A stretch of 64,000 nt of DNA from Chrysomallon squamiferum (lineage: Eukaryota; Animalia; Mollusca). Shown here piece by piece: positions 12,088 to 28,029 of the stretch. Position numbers and translations under genes: made by a program. Under the pieces are notes generated by a model. It did no database searches. It was given only the letters and a program-made list of their open reading frames with translations, and was not told the DNA's origin. The stretch spans positions 8,928,001-8,992,000 of the forward strand of contig CM022667.1 of assembly GCA_012295275.1 (NCBI GenBank), given 5' to 3'. Positions within the stretch are counted from its first letter, which is position 1. Every line of letters begins with the position of its first letter.

Positions 12088-13424
12088 TAAAAATAAAATG
12101 TTCTGAAGTAAGCACTATTTTTCCTCATCCTGGTTTAAAATACAAATTTTAAAACATGATTTAAAATATCAAATAAACCCCACCCCCAAAACAAACAAAA
12201 CAACCCTCCTAAAAAAAAAAAAAAAAAAAAAAAAAAATTAACCCCAATCATTTACAAAACTGTACGTGACATAATTATCGTTACTACAGTAACAAGTAAA
12301 AAGAAGTTATTGGAGATCTCGATGTGACTTTCATTTCATCTCTATGTGTAAATAACAGAACAACCAAACAGAGTGACAAATTGACAAAACCAGGCCCATG
12401 CGTTTCTTCACAAGTTAACTAACATGTGGAATGACAAAAACTCAATCACTTTCGTTTATTACTTCTGCTATGCATGTAGATTTATGAAACCAGATATAAA
12501 CTTCATTTATTGTTATTATTATTATTATTTTTTTTCTTTTGCATCATTATATCATTATGGCAAGATGATGTAAAAAAAAAAAAAAATAATAATAAAAAAT
12601 GCTGAAAATACGATGATTCAAACAATCAAAGCAATGGGGTTTTTTTTACACATTATTCTGGCAGGATGATGTATAAAACCTATTTCTTACTGTTTGAAAT
12701 ACTGAAGTGAAAACAATTTGATGTGACAATGAAAGCATAAAAAAAAAAAAAAAAATTTAAACTATACAGTCAGTTCAGTCATTACTTCAAGTCTGTAATA
12801 TGTGAAAATAATAATTTTTAAAATATATGATTTAATATTGTTTTTAAGTGAAATAAAAAATATAATATATATACCATTATAATACCATTACTTAATATTT
12901 ATTTGAGCAAAAATTTAAAAAGCAATGAAAATAAGAAATTTTGCAGACAGCAGGCAATAAAAAAAAAAAGAAGTTCCTTTATCTACCCATACTGTAAATG
13001 TTTGATTTTTTTTTTTTTGAAACGTATATAAAAAGATGTCAAAACTGAGCTGAATTAAATGTATTAATCTCCTCCACACTGACATAAGCAATGAAATAAA
13101 AATATGAACCTCATTTTTAAATCATATACTGGCTGAGACCACATCTTACAATAAAAATCTCAGAAATCTGAAATATGTTTGAGCTGATGAAGCTATAATA
13201 GCTTATATTTTGTTCTTAGTACAAATATCATTTTTAAAGGAGTAAAATTATTTAAAAAATATTTTAAATATAAATTATTAAGAATTTTGCATACATTTAC
13301 ATTCAAGCTATTTGTTTAAGCTGTACATAAAACATAAATGTTTTTACTAAGATAAACCCTTCTTCTAGAATACAGTATACGATCAACATGTTTCTTCCAA
13401 TATTATTTATATTATTAAATAATT

Positions 13425-13455
<31 letters not shown>

Positions 13456-14612
13456 GACTGAATTAAAAATTGCAATTTTACTCTGTTTGAAAGTATAAGA
13501 CATTAAAAAATAAAAATGTCATGGAAAATAATCTCAGTATAACAACACTGTATTTAAAATAAATGAGATAAAAACGAAAGTGAAAATGAAAGTAACAAAA
13601 ACTGTAACAAACTGGAACTAAACACAACAAATTGAAACTAAATGTACACAAATAAAACAAAACTGAAAAATAACAAAAGAGGAACAGTTTGGAACTAATA
13701 AGTGTAACAAACTGAAACTGAAAGTAACATAAAACAAACTGAAAAAAGTGAAAGTAACAAATAACATCATGAATACTGGTAATTCCCCATGGGTAACAGG
13801 AAGCAAACAAACAAGTTTTTCCAAACAAACAACAATTTATGTGAGAATACGTTTCATCAATGTACACAATTCTTATTTCTGAATTAAAAATAAAAATTAT
13901 TTTGTACCTAAATTGTAACATTATATTAACACTACAAGTCAAGACAATTACAGAGCTCTGAACAAATCATCCTGATTTAAAAAAAATAAAAATAATAATA
14001 ATAATAAAAAATAAAGTAAAATGGTAACACTTGCTCAACTTTATTAGTAAAGTTTGAGTCTCTACAGTCTTGAGAAATCTAAAACACATCCATTCCCATC
14101 TTACCAACTTCAAATCACACTGGTTAGTATTATTATTAGTTTTAACAATCATCCATGATCCATTTTTTTTTTTTAAAATGTTTTCAATAAATTATATTTA
14201 TTTCAAAATGGTTTTGATGCACTGGGTATGTGTTTCAATAATTACTGAACCTCTGTTTTGAAGTCTGTACATTATTTGCATAAATAAAAAATAGTAACAG
14301 TATATGTATATATATATATATATATAAGCTTAACTTTATCAGATATGTATAAATATTTATTTAATACTATATAATCATTACTCCCTAAAACAAGCCGGAA
14401 GCAATTCTAGATTTCATAAAAACAAAATCTCCAGTAGTAACTGAGATTTATTTACAAACTGGCCAAGTATGTTCAGTTTAAAAAATTTCGAAACTGCTTA
14501 TTCGTGAAGTAATATTTCTTTTTATTTACAATTTAATTTGTATAAAAATTAATAAACAATATAAAATTCTACAGAATACCCTCAACAAATAATGCTTGTA
14601 GTGTGTGTGTGT

Positions 14613-14712
<100 letters not shown>

Positions 14713-15285
14713 ATTTATGTGAAGAATGGTTGAAGTAGCAACAGAAAGGTTAACCATTTAAAATCATAACATTTAACAAAAAAATCTTTTTAAAAATCTA
14801 AAATTGTCCATTATCAGTTGTATTTTCAAAAGATTTATCTTTCACACACAAAAGAACATTAATTTTGAAATTCCAGATTAAAACGCCAAATGATGTCATT
14901 TGAAAAAATATTAATACAGATTGAGAATCCATTATCTAAGATTTCAAAATCTCAAAAGTTCTGACATACAAAACATCTTAACAACAATGACAGCAATATA
15001 TTATGGTTTTTAGTTGGTTTTGTGCCAAAATTAAAAAAAAAAATTATGCACAGGCTTTTTGCAGGTTATGTTGGTAAGCCATATATGAAATATAAATGTA
15101 TTCTGTATCAACAACTGGATCTTATTCTCTGACTTATCTTTTTGTATTCAAAACTCCCCTCTGCAAATTACTTTATATTGAAAACACTTCCAGCACTAGC
15201 ATTTCAGATAAAGAATGTTCCAGCTCTTATTTCAATAATTTTACAAAACTGTATTTTATTGATTATTAGTATATTCATTTTTTTT

Positions 15286-15327
<42 letters not shown>

Positions 15328-16101
15328 TCAATAAAATAAAATTTATAACAAAAACGCAATATTTTACACAAATCTATTTTTATCTACAATTAATAAAGTA
15401 AAAAAAAAAAAAAAAAAAATACAAAAATAAAAAGGTTACTACAATGCACTAAAAGTTGATTGAAAGTTATAGTGAAATATTATATGTAATGCTGGTATTA
15501 TTATTACAATTACTGGCACGATAATAAAATAACAGTAAGATTAAGGATTCTAAAATGATAAATAAAGTAAAAAATGAATAAACAAAAAACAATCAAGGTA
15601 ATCTCACTTTTTTTCTTCAATAATATAAAAGACTAGAATATTTTTTAAAAATACCCTATTTATTTATATTTAAAGACAGAATAAAAAATGTAACTGTACA
15701 GATTGAAATCAAGCATTAAAAAATACTGTTTTTTTTTTTAGTTTGAATATTATATAAACATATATATATATATATATATATGTATTTTACCCCAAATAAC
15801 CAAAATTGTAATAATAAATCAGTAAATAATAGTAATTATAATAAGAATAATAATGCTAAAAATAAGAAAATAATTCTACTAAATGAATAAATATTTAAAT
15901 ATTACATTTTACCCTACAGTTTGAGCTAAATTTTGAAAACAATTTTCACTATAAATATTTATTTCTTCTTGCAACTGGAAGAAACGGTTTTAAAACAATA
16001 TACTGTTCTCCTGTTATTTAAATATTTGCACATTACTCAGTAATCTTGTAGAACCATTGCCTAATCTGCATAACACACTGACACATGGATGGATGTTTTG
16101 A

Positions 16102-16134
<33 letters not shown>

Positions 16135-17779
16135 CTTACATACAGACATAAAGATATATATTTGTATTAGCAGAAACATGTATGAAGTGCAAATACTCAT
16201 ACATTTAGCTTCATTTAGCTTCAACAGTCATGCAGCAAGGATTTCCAAATGCTTATACTCCATTCATGTATATATATATATATCCACACATACACACTCT
16301 ACAATAACAAAATAATTCTGTTTTCTTCAAAACAACTAATCTGACAACTGAGTGACTGGTGTTTGCATAATTTATTCATGTGTCGTGACATAAGCAAATA
16401 TTAATTTTCTGCCATTACGTTGTTCATTACTGCTAAAAGCTGAAATGATCTCTATTATGGAAGCATTATTTAACAAAGTAGATGGGTCAATGTATCAAGT
16501 GAAGGAGTTATAAAATGCATCTCACAATAGTAAATGCTTTTTGTATAAATTACTTAACCTCATCATTTACAAGTAATATTTCAATAGACAGCAAAAATTT
16601 AAAATTTTAAATCCCAAAATTAAAGTAATTAAAAAAAAGAGAGAGAGAGAAAAAAAAGAAGTAAATTAAAAATTTCATGTAAGAAGAATTAGGATTTTAA
16701 TTTATATATAAATATAATTAATATAAATAGAAACATTATAAATGAAATTAAATAAACAGATAAATGCTTAGAAAAATTCATTAGGTTTCATTTATACATT
16801 TAACATGATAAAATCTTAAGAATTATTTTTTTAAATTTTAGATTTACAAATTTAGACAGCTGCCTTAGCTCTGGTTTTATTTATATATATAAAAAAAAGT
16901 AAAAACATAAAAATATATCTTTTTAAATTATTTTATTAATAAAATTTAGTGAAAAAAAAAAAAAAATTATATTAACGAAATGCCACCCCAAAAACACCTA
17001 AACTGCAAAGTAAATCAATAGGAAGAAACTTCCATAATATCATTTTCTTCGTACAAAAAGTAAGAAAGTAAAAATACAAATTCTGTGAACTTTTCAGTAT
17101 ATTTTGCTTTTTCGATTCCCTGTACCACTTTTAAAAAGAAGTACAGAGACATAATAAAAAGATATGATAACATTATTATAATTGTCTAAGGTAACTCGAA
17201 CACACATAAAAACAATAACAAATTTAAAACAACCTGAACATTGCATCTGTGAAACAACTGAACCATCACGTGTTTTTCACCTCAGTAATTTCTACAGTAA
17301 CATACAGATACTTGTACACATTCAGATTTTCCACTTTACCATGTAAAACAGTTTTTACAAACAAACAATCATCTATATGTTTAGAATTTTGACCTGGTTT
17401 GAATTCTCAAATATTTCCTGTTTTTAAATGAATTTGTACACTAACGTAACAAAACCGAATACTTTTATGAACGTTTAATGGTCAGGTTAGTATATGAAAT
17501 TTTTTTTTTTTTTTTTTTCTTCTTTTAACTCAAAACTTTTAAATGTACTTATTTGTATCTGGGCATTTTTTTATATTAACATTTTAAAATTTCAGTAAAA
17601 ATAATGACTGACATCTCAGATATTTATTTCATTGAATATCTGAACACACTGACAAAAAAAAAGTAAGAAAAAATGTAGAAAAAAGTCTAAACTGCTTGAA
17701 CAACAAATTATTCATCTTATTAATATAATCAACACAATATCAGTGAAATTGAACATCTCAAATATTCTGTATAAATTCT

Positions 17780-18055
17780 GAACCTGACAGGACAAATATG
17801 AATTATGGCCACAAAGTTTCTTTCTTTATAAATCTGTTTACAGTTTTCTATTTTTTCATTTTAACAAATTTTTACAAAAAATATTTCAAATGACAGGATA
17901 TCTCAAATCCATAACCTGATAACAGGGACCAGAATTATGCTCACAAAGTTTCTTTCTTTACAAATCTAGATGCCTTTTTCTTTTCTTTTTTTCTTTTTTC
18001 TTTTTCATTTCAACAAATTTTACCAGAATATTTAACATAACTGGACTTCTCAATG
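17780..18055. repeat. Degenerate ~130-140 bp tandem duplication in the EEPD1 3' UTR
   Basis: Shared blocks aacctga..gaattatg..cacaaagtttctttcttta.aaatct..ttttcatt..aacaaattt occur twice, starting ~17781 and ~17913. Confidence 0.7.
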
Positions 18056-18104
18056 ATTCCTTTCTTTACATCTGTGATCCCAGACACAAGTAACTTGTCT
18101 GGTT

Positions 18105-21100
18105 TTAACCTGCAGTTCCACACACTAACACACGTTCTAGACATTGCGCATTATCAAGAATCCCCACTGTAAAATGAACACCATCAGCACTCAGTGATAT
18201 GTTTCCATTGCCCAGGTCCTGGCTAGAATACAGCTCAGCATACACTGGACAGTGGTCACTCACCAGACCTCCCCACGACCAACCATTTGGGATGCTGGGA
18301 CTGGTCAAACCTTTCCTGACAACACCAGAATGACCTGCAAAAAAAAAAAATAAAAATAAAAATAAAAATAAAAATAAAAATAAAAATAAAAATAAAAATA
18401 AAAATAAAAATAAAAATAAAAATAAAAAAAAAAAAAATAAAATAAAATAAAATAAAATAAAATAAAATAAAAAAAATAAAAAAAAAATAAAATAAAATAT
18501 ATAAATAAATAAGTAAGTAAATAAAATAAAAATAAATACAAAGGTATATAAATACTGTTATTTGTTATTTGTAGTAATGACATGGGGACTTGTGAAATGT
18601 TTTTTAACTATAAAATTAAGAAATGAAAAAAACCAACAAATAAAATAAAATAAAATAAATTTGAAATAAAAAAAATAGCATTAAAAAGAAACTTCTAATG
18701 TCAAAAACAATAGAATAAACAAGAAAACAATAAATGAAAACATCAGTTAATAAAAAAAACAATGAGAATAAAATAAAATAAAATAAAATAAAATAAAATA
18801 AAATAAAATAAAATAAAATAAAATAAATATATAAACACATACAAATATAACAACTAAAACTAAAATATTTTGATGCCAAAATCCTTCAACAAGTAAATGA
18901 ATTTACACAAAAACTCAGGATTTCAGAAAAAACAGGTGACAACATTTTTATAAACCTTTGTTAGTCTTCACATCTTTTTACATTTAAAAATGATCATTCT
19001 GACTCACCTGTGTAGACTTTTTGTGCCTGCTTGTTAAGCCAGATGTTATCATATGACTTGTTTCCATCTGGATTCCTCTCACTGATGTTGGTGTAGATGC
19101 TGCTAGGAATGCAGTGGATGTAACCCTTGGACAACAGATGTTGGAATTCTGTAATATTGAAAGTAAAGACTTATTAGATAATTCCCTACGGTGAAAAAGA
19201 AGTTTATCTTGTTCAAATTGATGTCTTCTGATCTGTTTTATTATTACTGTTAAAAAATGAGTCAGACATATCGTTATTATGTTATACAAAACAGCTCATT
19301 ACTGTTTGTTGTTTTTATACATTAAAAACAGAAATAAATAAATAAATAAATCGATAAATAAATAAACAGACAAATAAATAAATAAATAAATAGACAAATA
19401 AATAAATAAATAAAATAAAATCAAAAATACATAATAATAATAATAATAATAATCAGGAAATAATTGAAAGAGCAAACAAAGCACCACACTAGCACATTTT
19501 AAATCTTTCAGATTAATTCATCTACATCAATACTTAATTGCCTCATATTTCAGCATTGTGCTGCCATTTTCAGTTATTATTTTATAACACCACTTGAGAA
19601 GTGTGAAATTATTCAGTGTCCGAGGTTGATGTTGTTTTGTGTTTTTATTTGGTTTATTTGATTTTTTTTTTTTGTCTTAGAAATGTATAGTTTTAAAGTG
19701 AATGAATTTTGCTTTATCAAAGATTGTCTGTTTTGATAAAGTTAGTAAATGTAATTACCCTCAGAGGCTGGACTCATGTTAAAGTCACCCAGAATTAAGA
19801 TATCATGTTCACCTACAACAGAAAAAAACCAAAAATTAATATGACAAATACAATGAAAATATAAGAATAGCAATAATAATAATAGTAATAATCATAATAA
19901 CAACAATATATTACTACTAATACTACTACTACTGCTACTACTAATTGCAGTAAACATCAAAATAAACCCGATATTTAATCAACATAAAGAAATTAAATAA
20001 CTGACATACTGTCAATGTGTTTGTCTGTCTAGACATTTACAAACTGCTAACAAATATATCAATATATGTATGGATTTTGGATGCATTTGTGTTTGCATGG
20101 ATGCTTTTATATATATATATATATATATTTGTACATATTGCATGCATTTGTGTCTTCTTCCTGGTCTCTGATATTTATCTCAGTATTTATATGAGACTCT
20201 ACTGTAGTAAAAAAATAAAAATTTAGTTGTCCAAACCAGGAAAATGATCTTCGATGGCTCTCACAAGACGCTGAATTCGGCCAGGCTCGGACTTTGTCTG
20301 ATCTACGCCTTCCTCATTTAGACCAGCAGCTTTGAGATGAACACTGATAATAACACAGTCGAAAGTGCCGTTTATCTGAAACAACAAAACAGAACTCTGT
20401 AACCCAGCGTGTCAGGTAATAGCTGTTTCTGTTCTACGTGTTTGTGTTACTTTCTATCTCAGGCTGTAATCAAAGAAGTCAAAGACAAAGACCTAAAGAA
20501 AAAAAAAAGAAGAGAAAAATATCAAGAGAAACTGAGAAAAGGAGACATTAAAAAATTAATTTGATATAAGACATGTAGATATAACAAAACTGTTTTAATG
20601 TAAATGTAAATTTTCTTCAAATCTCTCAAGATTAAATCTAATAATAATATACTTTCAAGCAGCACTGCAAAGACAAATTTATTTTCATTTAGGAGGAAAT
20701 TAAACAACAACTGAAGAACAGTGTTTTATTTAACACCGAACAGACCACAATTTTACAATAAAATCTTTCAGACAGTCGAAAGACCCATGAAGAAAATTAA
20801 ATACAAAACAAAGCCACACTACACTGGGTATTTCTTCTTTTTTTTTAAACAGCAGCAATGAACCTTTTACTCAGTAAAAGCTTTTCTACCAAGTCTGCTG
20901 ATAAACTGTCACAGAGCCTGGTTTGGAACGGGAATAAAGAAAACAATGAGAAAACAGGAGATTTAGCTTATTTACCTGAAACACGGAGAAGAAAGGTTTT
21001 CTCGTAAACAGTTTGGAATCAGACGTGTCCATGTTGAGAACAGACGAACGGACAAGTTTGATGTTTTGTGACGTGTCGTACAAGAAGCCATGGTACTCTG

Positions 21101-22108
21101 AACCCTAGAGAGAAAAAAAAAGATAGAAAGAATAAAATAAAACTGAAAGTATGACGAATAAATAAGTTGTGAATATTTGAGAGAAAATAAATGTCCACAC
21201 ACACAGAGGCAAAAATAAAAAAAATTGAAGTATAATTCATAAATGTATTTATAATCAGACAGGTAAATTAATATAAATTTATAACTAGGTTTGTTTTAAC
21301 ACGACAAAGATGAATTACAATTTTAGATTTCACTGTCATAATAATCTAAAAAAAAAAGAAAAAAAAGAAAAAGAAAAAAATATATATGTACATATGTTTG
21401 TTTTTTTAAATATATTTACAAGAGTAAGATTGTTAAAAAATAAATGTTTTATTTTATTTATTTATTTTTTTTATTTATTTAGATACATTTTAACATGACT
21501 AACAAGGAATACAATTTCAGAGTCATTAAAGTTTAAAAATAAAACTTACATCAGTTATGCTGATAAAAGATTTAAAAAAATATTTTCCTTAAGCTACATT
21601 TTGTAATCAGATACATTTTAAACTGAGAAAAAAGAAATACAGTTTTAGATGTCTGAGTCAATATATTTTGAAAAGGCTTTTGAAAATAACAAGATGATTT
21701 AAGAAATAAAGTTTTTTTTTTTTTTTACTGTAGAATTTCTCTTTTTTAAAAATTTAAATATTTACTCCAGTTACTGGCAACAGGTCAAAATATTTAACTG
21801 CCAAAACTCAACTCTGACATTTTCCTTGTTCATAATCATATTGAAAAAAAAAAAAAAATAAAAATAATGTGTGTATATATAATAAATAAATAATAAATAT
21901 TAATAAATAAAATAATAAGAAGAATTAGCTAATAAAGATAAAAGGCAACATGAAGAATTAGAGATTTAGTTTCACTTCATCAGAAATAGGTGAGTGATTC
22001 TATTACCCAGCAAAAAATGGCCACCAGCCAGAAATGCAAGACCATTAATATTTAACAGAGTCAGGAAATTGTGCTTTTACTGTAGAAAGTTAATATGAGA
22101 GGAGTGTC

Positions 22109-22186
<78 letters not shown>

Positions 22187-22685
22187 CATGTGCATGCGCA
22201 TATAAACATATCTGTATAATTAAATTTTTAAAAACACCTTCAGTTCATATCTCTTTTTATGGATGGGTGTATTCCACTTTAAACACCATACGATACAATA
22301 TTTCAAACTGACAGACAGACAGACAGACAGATTAATGTTCATACTTTGTACATTCGTCCTAGCGCAGGTGAGACAACATTTTTCCATTTTCCTCGTCTTC
22401 CATGCCAGCATCTCACGTTCAGAAGCTTTGGATGGTTCAACTGATCACATATCTGAACAAAAAACACAAACAAACAAAATGCATGTCTTCGCTTGTAAAC
22501 ACATGTATAACTTTTATCAGCACAGTAAATCAATGCTGATTGCTAACTTATTATGCAGGTTACTGAAGCGTGACATGTCTCTGTGTAACTGCATGAGAAG
22601 CTAGTATTCATAGCCATGTTTTACTTTGTAAATTAAACTTTATCAAGTTCTATCAGCTTAAAGTATCTGTGTGTTGCATGATAGT

Positions 22686-22719
<34 letters not shown>

Positions 22720-24861
22720 TGTACATTTATTTCACCATTTGGTTTTAAATAAATATACCAAACTACTTAAATTTGTGTAGATAATAATTATGCATTTTGA
22801 GTTTTGACATATATTAAATTTGCAGATTTGTCTTGGGATTTTATTTAATGCAGATTATCTGTAATTTTATATATTTAACACAGGTTCTGGGTGAAATCTA
22901 TTTCTGTAGACAAACAGTTTTTATTTACACAAATATTTGACTTGCAAATGCATGTCACAGTGTTGCTGATTCTCTGTTAGTTTGATTTGCATGTAATCAC
23001 TAATACTCACTTAATTCTTAATATTCCACACCTGTGTATATCTTGTACAGAGATTTTTATACAGGTAGTCAAGTGAATAAGAAAATAAATATGTAAGTAA
23101 ATAAGTAAGTAAAATTATACTCACATTTTCCAGTGCTTTTTCATCAGCTATTTCCTGCACAGCTAAAATGCCAAATCTGAAAATAAATTTAAATTAAAAT
23201 TAATTTAGTTATTATTATTAATAATTTTTAAACTCTGTTTCTGTAAAAAAATTCGTAAATAAATTTTAAATAAATGGAAAAGAAACAAAATACAACAATA
23301 ACAGAAATTTCTACACAATTCAAGTATTCAATATTGGTCTTAGTAAAATTATAATCAATTAATTTTGTTTTCTTAAGTTTTCTTGTTTTTTTTCCCACTC
23401 TAGCAAGTCATCTTAAAAAAATTTAAAAATTAAAAATAAATAAGTAAAAATAAGAAATAAAAATATTTTTTAAAAAAAAGGACAGATTATGTACATTAAA
23501 TTTTGGGAAAGAATGACATCCTAGTATTAATTATTTATATAATCAGTGTAAACAAGATTAAAATAAATAAATAAGAATAAAGAAATCAGTAACAGCAGCA
23601 GGTAACTGTTTTGTTATATTTCGAGATAAAGTTTTAAACTAATGAGAATACACACAGCGTTATAGCAAGTTTTTTAAAACTCATCTAATCAGTTATTAAC
23701 AGCAGTGATTATTTTCAGATAATTTTATATCCTAAAGTTGCAGTAGTTGTGTCGCATGCGCACACACACACACACACACACGCACGCACGCACGCACACA
23801 CACACACACACACACGCACACACACACACAGACACATTCACACAGACAGAGTTTGAATTTAGTGGACATATATTTTTAAAATTTAAGACTAATTTATTTA
23901 AAGATTGAAATCCTCTGGTACAGAGAATATTCACACACTGCCTGATAAACTGCACTAGGTATGTGTTACAACGGTGAGCAAATCACACTGTAACACGACT
24001 TGATATATCTGATAACATCATCTGATGCAAATTGTCTACAATTATGATCATTTGGTGATTGCTCTTACGTCCACTTCTATGTTTTTTCAATTAAATACTT
24101 TATATTACAGTTTTATCAGTATTGGTTTAAGTGTTGTATTAAAATAATCATTTTGTGATTTAAAATACTTTTAGCATCAACAGATATTACTTTGCTCATA
24201 GTAGTCAGTTACATTTATATAAAGGATCTACCCACTATATCTCTCTCTGTTTCTGTATATACATATATACACACACACAAACGTATGTATGTATGTATAT
24301 ATATATATATATATAAAATAAAATGAGTCATAGTTATAAATCAATATGCTCATGTTTAAAAACTGAAATAATTAATTACATGCAATAGTGAACATATACA
24401 AACTTACGAATTGAAGCAAATTCAATATCTGTAGATGAAATGATTGTTTGAATGAAATGATTGTTTGAATGAATACAACCTTTGTGAATACACATCACTG
24501 TGTATATGTGTGTATGTGTGTGTGTGTGTTGGGGGGGATGTTTTTGTATGAGAGAGGCATGTGTGCAAATAGCATGTCAAAGCACTGAAACAGACACTAA
24601 CAGAGAAAATAATAAATCTATTCCTTTTTTTCTAAAGTAAAAAAATAATATCTGTAAAAGCCTGTAGCCAGCACAGCTGTCTGTAGACACAACATTTACA
24701 TATCTAACAGACAAATTAATTAGTAAGTACCTAAGGACAGCGCAGGGCAATGTGCCTAATTAATAGATGAATAAATATGTGATAATAATGCACTTAACAA
24801 AATTAACAAATATCAAACAATTAACCTCCTAGTTAACCAATGATTGTACAAGTATAGAATC

Positions 24862-24896
<35 letters not shown>

Positions 24897-26176
24897 CCTC
24901 AGATCTAGTTAGTAAATGTGTTTGTGTCTGTGTGTATGTGTATGTGTAATAATAATAATAATAAATCAAAAAAATGATAATGATAATAATAATAGTAAAA
25001 TAAAAATAATGATGATGATAATAATAATAATGATGATAATAATATAATAATAATAAAAATAATAATAAAAATGATAATAATAGTAATAAATAAAAAAAAG
25101 ATAATGATCAAATAATAAAATAAAAATAATGATGATAATGATGATCATGAAAATAATGATGATGATGATGAACATAACAATAAATTAAAAAATAATAATG
25201 ATAATAATAACAACAATAGCAACAATAACAACAATATAAACACACACCCATTTTCCAGAATGGTCATACAAACAGCGTCCTGCACACCAACGTGGCCTGA
25301 CTTCTCTGACGACAACAGCTGTAAATTCCAAGTCGCAATTCGAAAGACTCTTCGGGTTTTGTTCTTGAAATCGAAAGGAACGACATCCGGCCTTTGTCCC
25401 TTCTTGGCAAGAGGTGCGAACATTTCTAACAGGTTTTCTATCGACAGCCTCGACATCTGACTGATTCTGGACATCGTGGAATCGCCTGCTGCCGAAGGTT
25501 CGTGTGGAACGCTTCCATTCAAATGTCTGTGAGCTGGCGTTTTAGCTGTTGACGAATCGTCCAGCGTCAGGAATTGTTTTATTGCACTTAGAACAGCAGG
25601 ACCGACTCCCTTCACCTTCTGCAGGTCCTCGATCGACTGGAACGGTCCCTTCTTGTCTCTGTACGTCACGATGTTTTCCGCTAAATTCTGACCCACCCCT
25701 TTTATCTTCATTAACTGAAAGACGTTGGACGTGTTGATGTTAACCACCGGAGTTGGGGCAGGAACGTGGTCTCTGATGTTGTTGATGTCGATGTTGAGGC
25801 TGCCGTCTGGAGAGCCGCTCTTTGACTCGTTTCGGCGACTCACGACAATTTCCGATCGGATGTTGTTGAGTTTCGCGGCTCCCACCCCCGACACCAAAGC
25901 CACGTCCTCGATTTTCTTGAAGCTGCCGATCTGCCGCCGATGTTCGATGATGTTCTGCGCAGTCGAGCGGTTGATGCCGGGTAACGTCATCAGCTCTTCT
26001 TGCGTTGCTGTGTTTATGTTGACAACGTTGGGCACGCTGTCGCTGTCTTCTGTGGGGAAGCTGAAAGTCGCGCTAAGGTTCCGTCGATGACCTTTGCCCT
26101 TCGGCGTGCAGATTCGATTCTCCCGGCATTCTTCAAAAGTCCTTCGCGGAATGCAGCAACTGTTCACTGCTCCCAT
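18105..26176 (-). CDS. EEPD1: Endonuclease/exonuclease/phosphatase family domain-containing protein 1 (2x HhH + EEP/DNase I-like domain), ~593 aa; exons 26176-25248, 23176-23125, 22452-22345, 21104-20976, 20375-20237, 19812-19759, 19148-19008, 18334-18105
   Basis: The N-terminus MGAVNSCC carries a myristoyl/palmitoyl motif. Two ComEA-type HhH repeats follow (NINTATQEELMTLPGI, NINTSNVFQLMKIKGVG). EEP motifs are ATWNLQ, AVQE, SVHLKA, LGDFN, YDNIW and WSWGGLVSDHCPVYAE. All 7 introns are GT-AG and phase-consistent, totalling 1782 nt. The ATG exon starts at an acceptor at 26358, so there are upstream non-coding exon(s). Confidence 0.95.
18350..18426. repeat. (TAAAAA)n hexanucleotide run forming the T-rich tract of the last EEPD1 intron
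   Basis: Seen directly; continues into (TAAAA)n and (TAAA)n. Confidence 0.9.
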
Positions 26177-27243
26177 GGTTACTGTGTCTATGGCAACGAA
26201 ACTTGTTTACGTTACATCTGGCATTTCAGAATTTTTTTTAAAAGAAATTTCAGTTTCAGTTTTGCCGTTTTCGTCTTTCTGGATTAAGTATTTTAAAAAT
26301 GTTCTTGTAAAAACACATCACAGATCAGTCAGTCATTGGTTGTGGATGTACTGCAAACCTGGAATAAAAAAATAAAAATAAATAAATAAAAATAAATTAA
26401 ATTAACATATAATACATACATAATTCTGTATATTTCACAGACATGTGTGGTTTATTCATACATATGTGTGCATATCTGATATATCTGTATATTTACATTT
26501 GTAAGGCAAATTTTGATAAAGAATCTTCTACTGACGAATATACTTCTGCACAAAAGAAAATCAGTTCAATTTTCTAAATTTTAAAATATGATTTAATGTC
26601 ATTAAAAAATAAAAATAAAAATAAAATAATAATTACAAAAATGTAACAAAACAAAGCATTATAACTGACAGTATATATTTCAAGATAGGTAATTTGATCA
26701 AGGTATTTTTTATTGATTAGTATATACTGTTAAGTGAGATTAATTGATAAAACACATTATTGTTACCAACAAATAACACACATAGGGCAATTATCTGTAT
26801 TTAACTAGACAAAAGTAATTTTTAATTTACAAATATACTTCAGCACAAAATAAAATCACTAGAATTTTCTGTGTTTAATTCAATAAAGAACCGAATATAC
26901 AAATATACCGAACAAATTATTTTTCATATTATAACAATATATAAGCACAAAATGAAATCAAATAAATCTTCTGTATTCTAAATTCTGATTTATTTCAGTA
27001 ACAATATGTTAGTTGTCTTGACACGTATACTGAGCACAACAAGAAATCAAGTTAATTTTCTGTATTCTCAGTACCAATTTATTTTAATAAATATTTTTTA
27101 TTCATCAATGTGTAGCAGCAGAAAAAGACATCAACTGAAATCTGATAAAATTTTATCACTGAATTATATCGTGCATATACTAATTAATTCAAGATTTATG
27201 TAAAATATCTGTTTCATTAACACTTCCCATAGTTTATTACCTG

Positions 27244-27279
<36 letters not shown>

Positions 27280-27989
27280 AATATGAGATTTTGAAGAAGT
27301 TCAGAAGTTCAGAAGTTTCTAAAAAAGAATTACAACATATATATATCTTTGGGTGCAGGAACTATTTTAATTTAAATTTCATTGTATTTTTTTTTTTTAT
27401 ATAAAGTTAATAGACTTTTTTTTCCTTTTTATTAAAACTGAGTTTCTTTAACATTAAAAAAAATGTTTTGAAAAAGAAAGAAAAGAAAAGAAAAAAAAAG
27501 AAATATGACTGAAACTAGAAGCCAATACAGAATCAAACAAGTGTAGGTAAGTGCACTCAAGTTCAAGTAGCTTAATCTGAATTGCATTTACAATGAATTT
27601 CTCTGTGTGTTTTTTTTCTTCTCAGTTGCAGCTGTTCTATCAGTCAAGTTCTGTGTATATATTTTTCTGTGTGTGTTTCTATATGTACATGTGTTTGTAT
27701 GTTTCTATATGTACAAGTGTTTGTGAGTTGTAAGTTTCTGAATTTGGTTTTGTTTGAGCATGTATGTGTACATGTTTGTTCTGATGTGTGTGGATATGTG
27801 AAGATATTTGTGTATGTGTCGTATATGAATGAGTGTATTTATGTGAACTGTATTCAGGTTATAATTTTCATGTACATGGTGTGTCTATAAATTAATGATT
27901 AAAAACAAATAAATAAAAATAAAAATAATAATTCAAAATTCTGATATAACAAAATTTCATTCAGTTATTCAAACAAACACACACACAAC

Positions 27990-28029
<40 letters not shown>

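Noticed and set aside
13184-13210. CTGATGA followed by hairpin AGCTA-TAA-TAGCT
   Set aside because: The required GAAA after stem II is absent (TATA instead), so it is not a hammerhead.
20720-20880. Possible decayed SINE fragments (also ~36900-37075 and ~41600-41720)
   Set aside because: Only a vague resemblance to remembered molluscan repeats; no A/B boxes, TSDs or clear second copy within the window.
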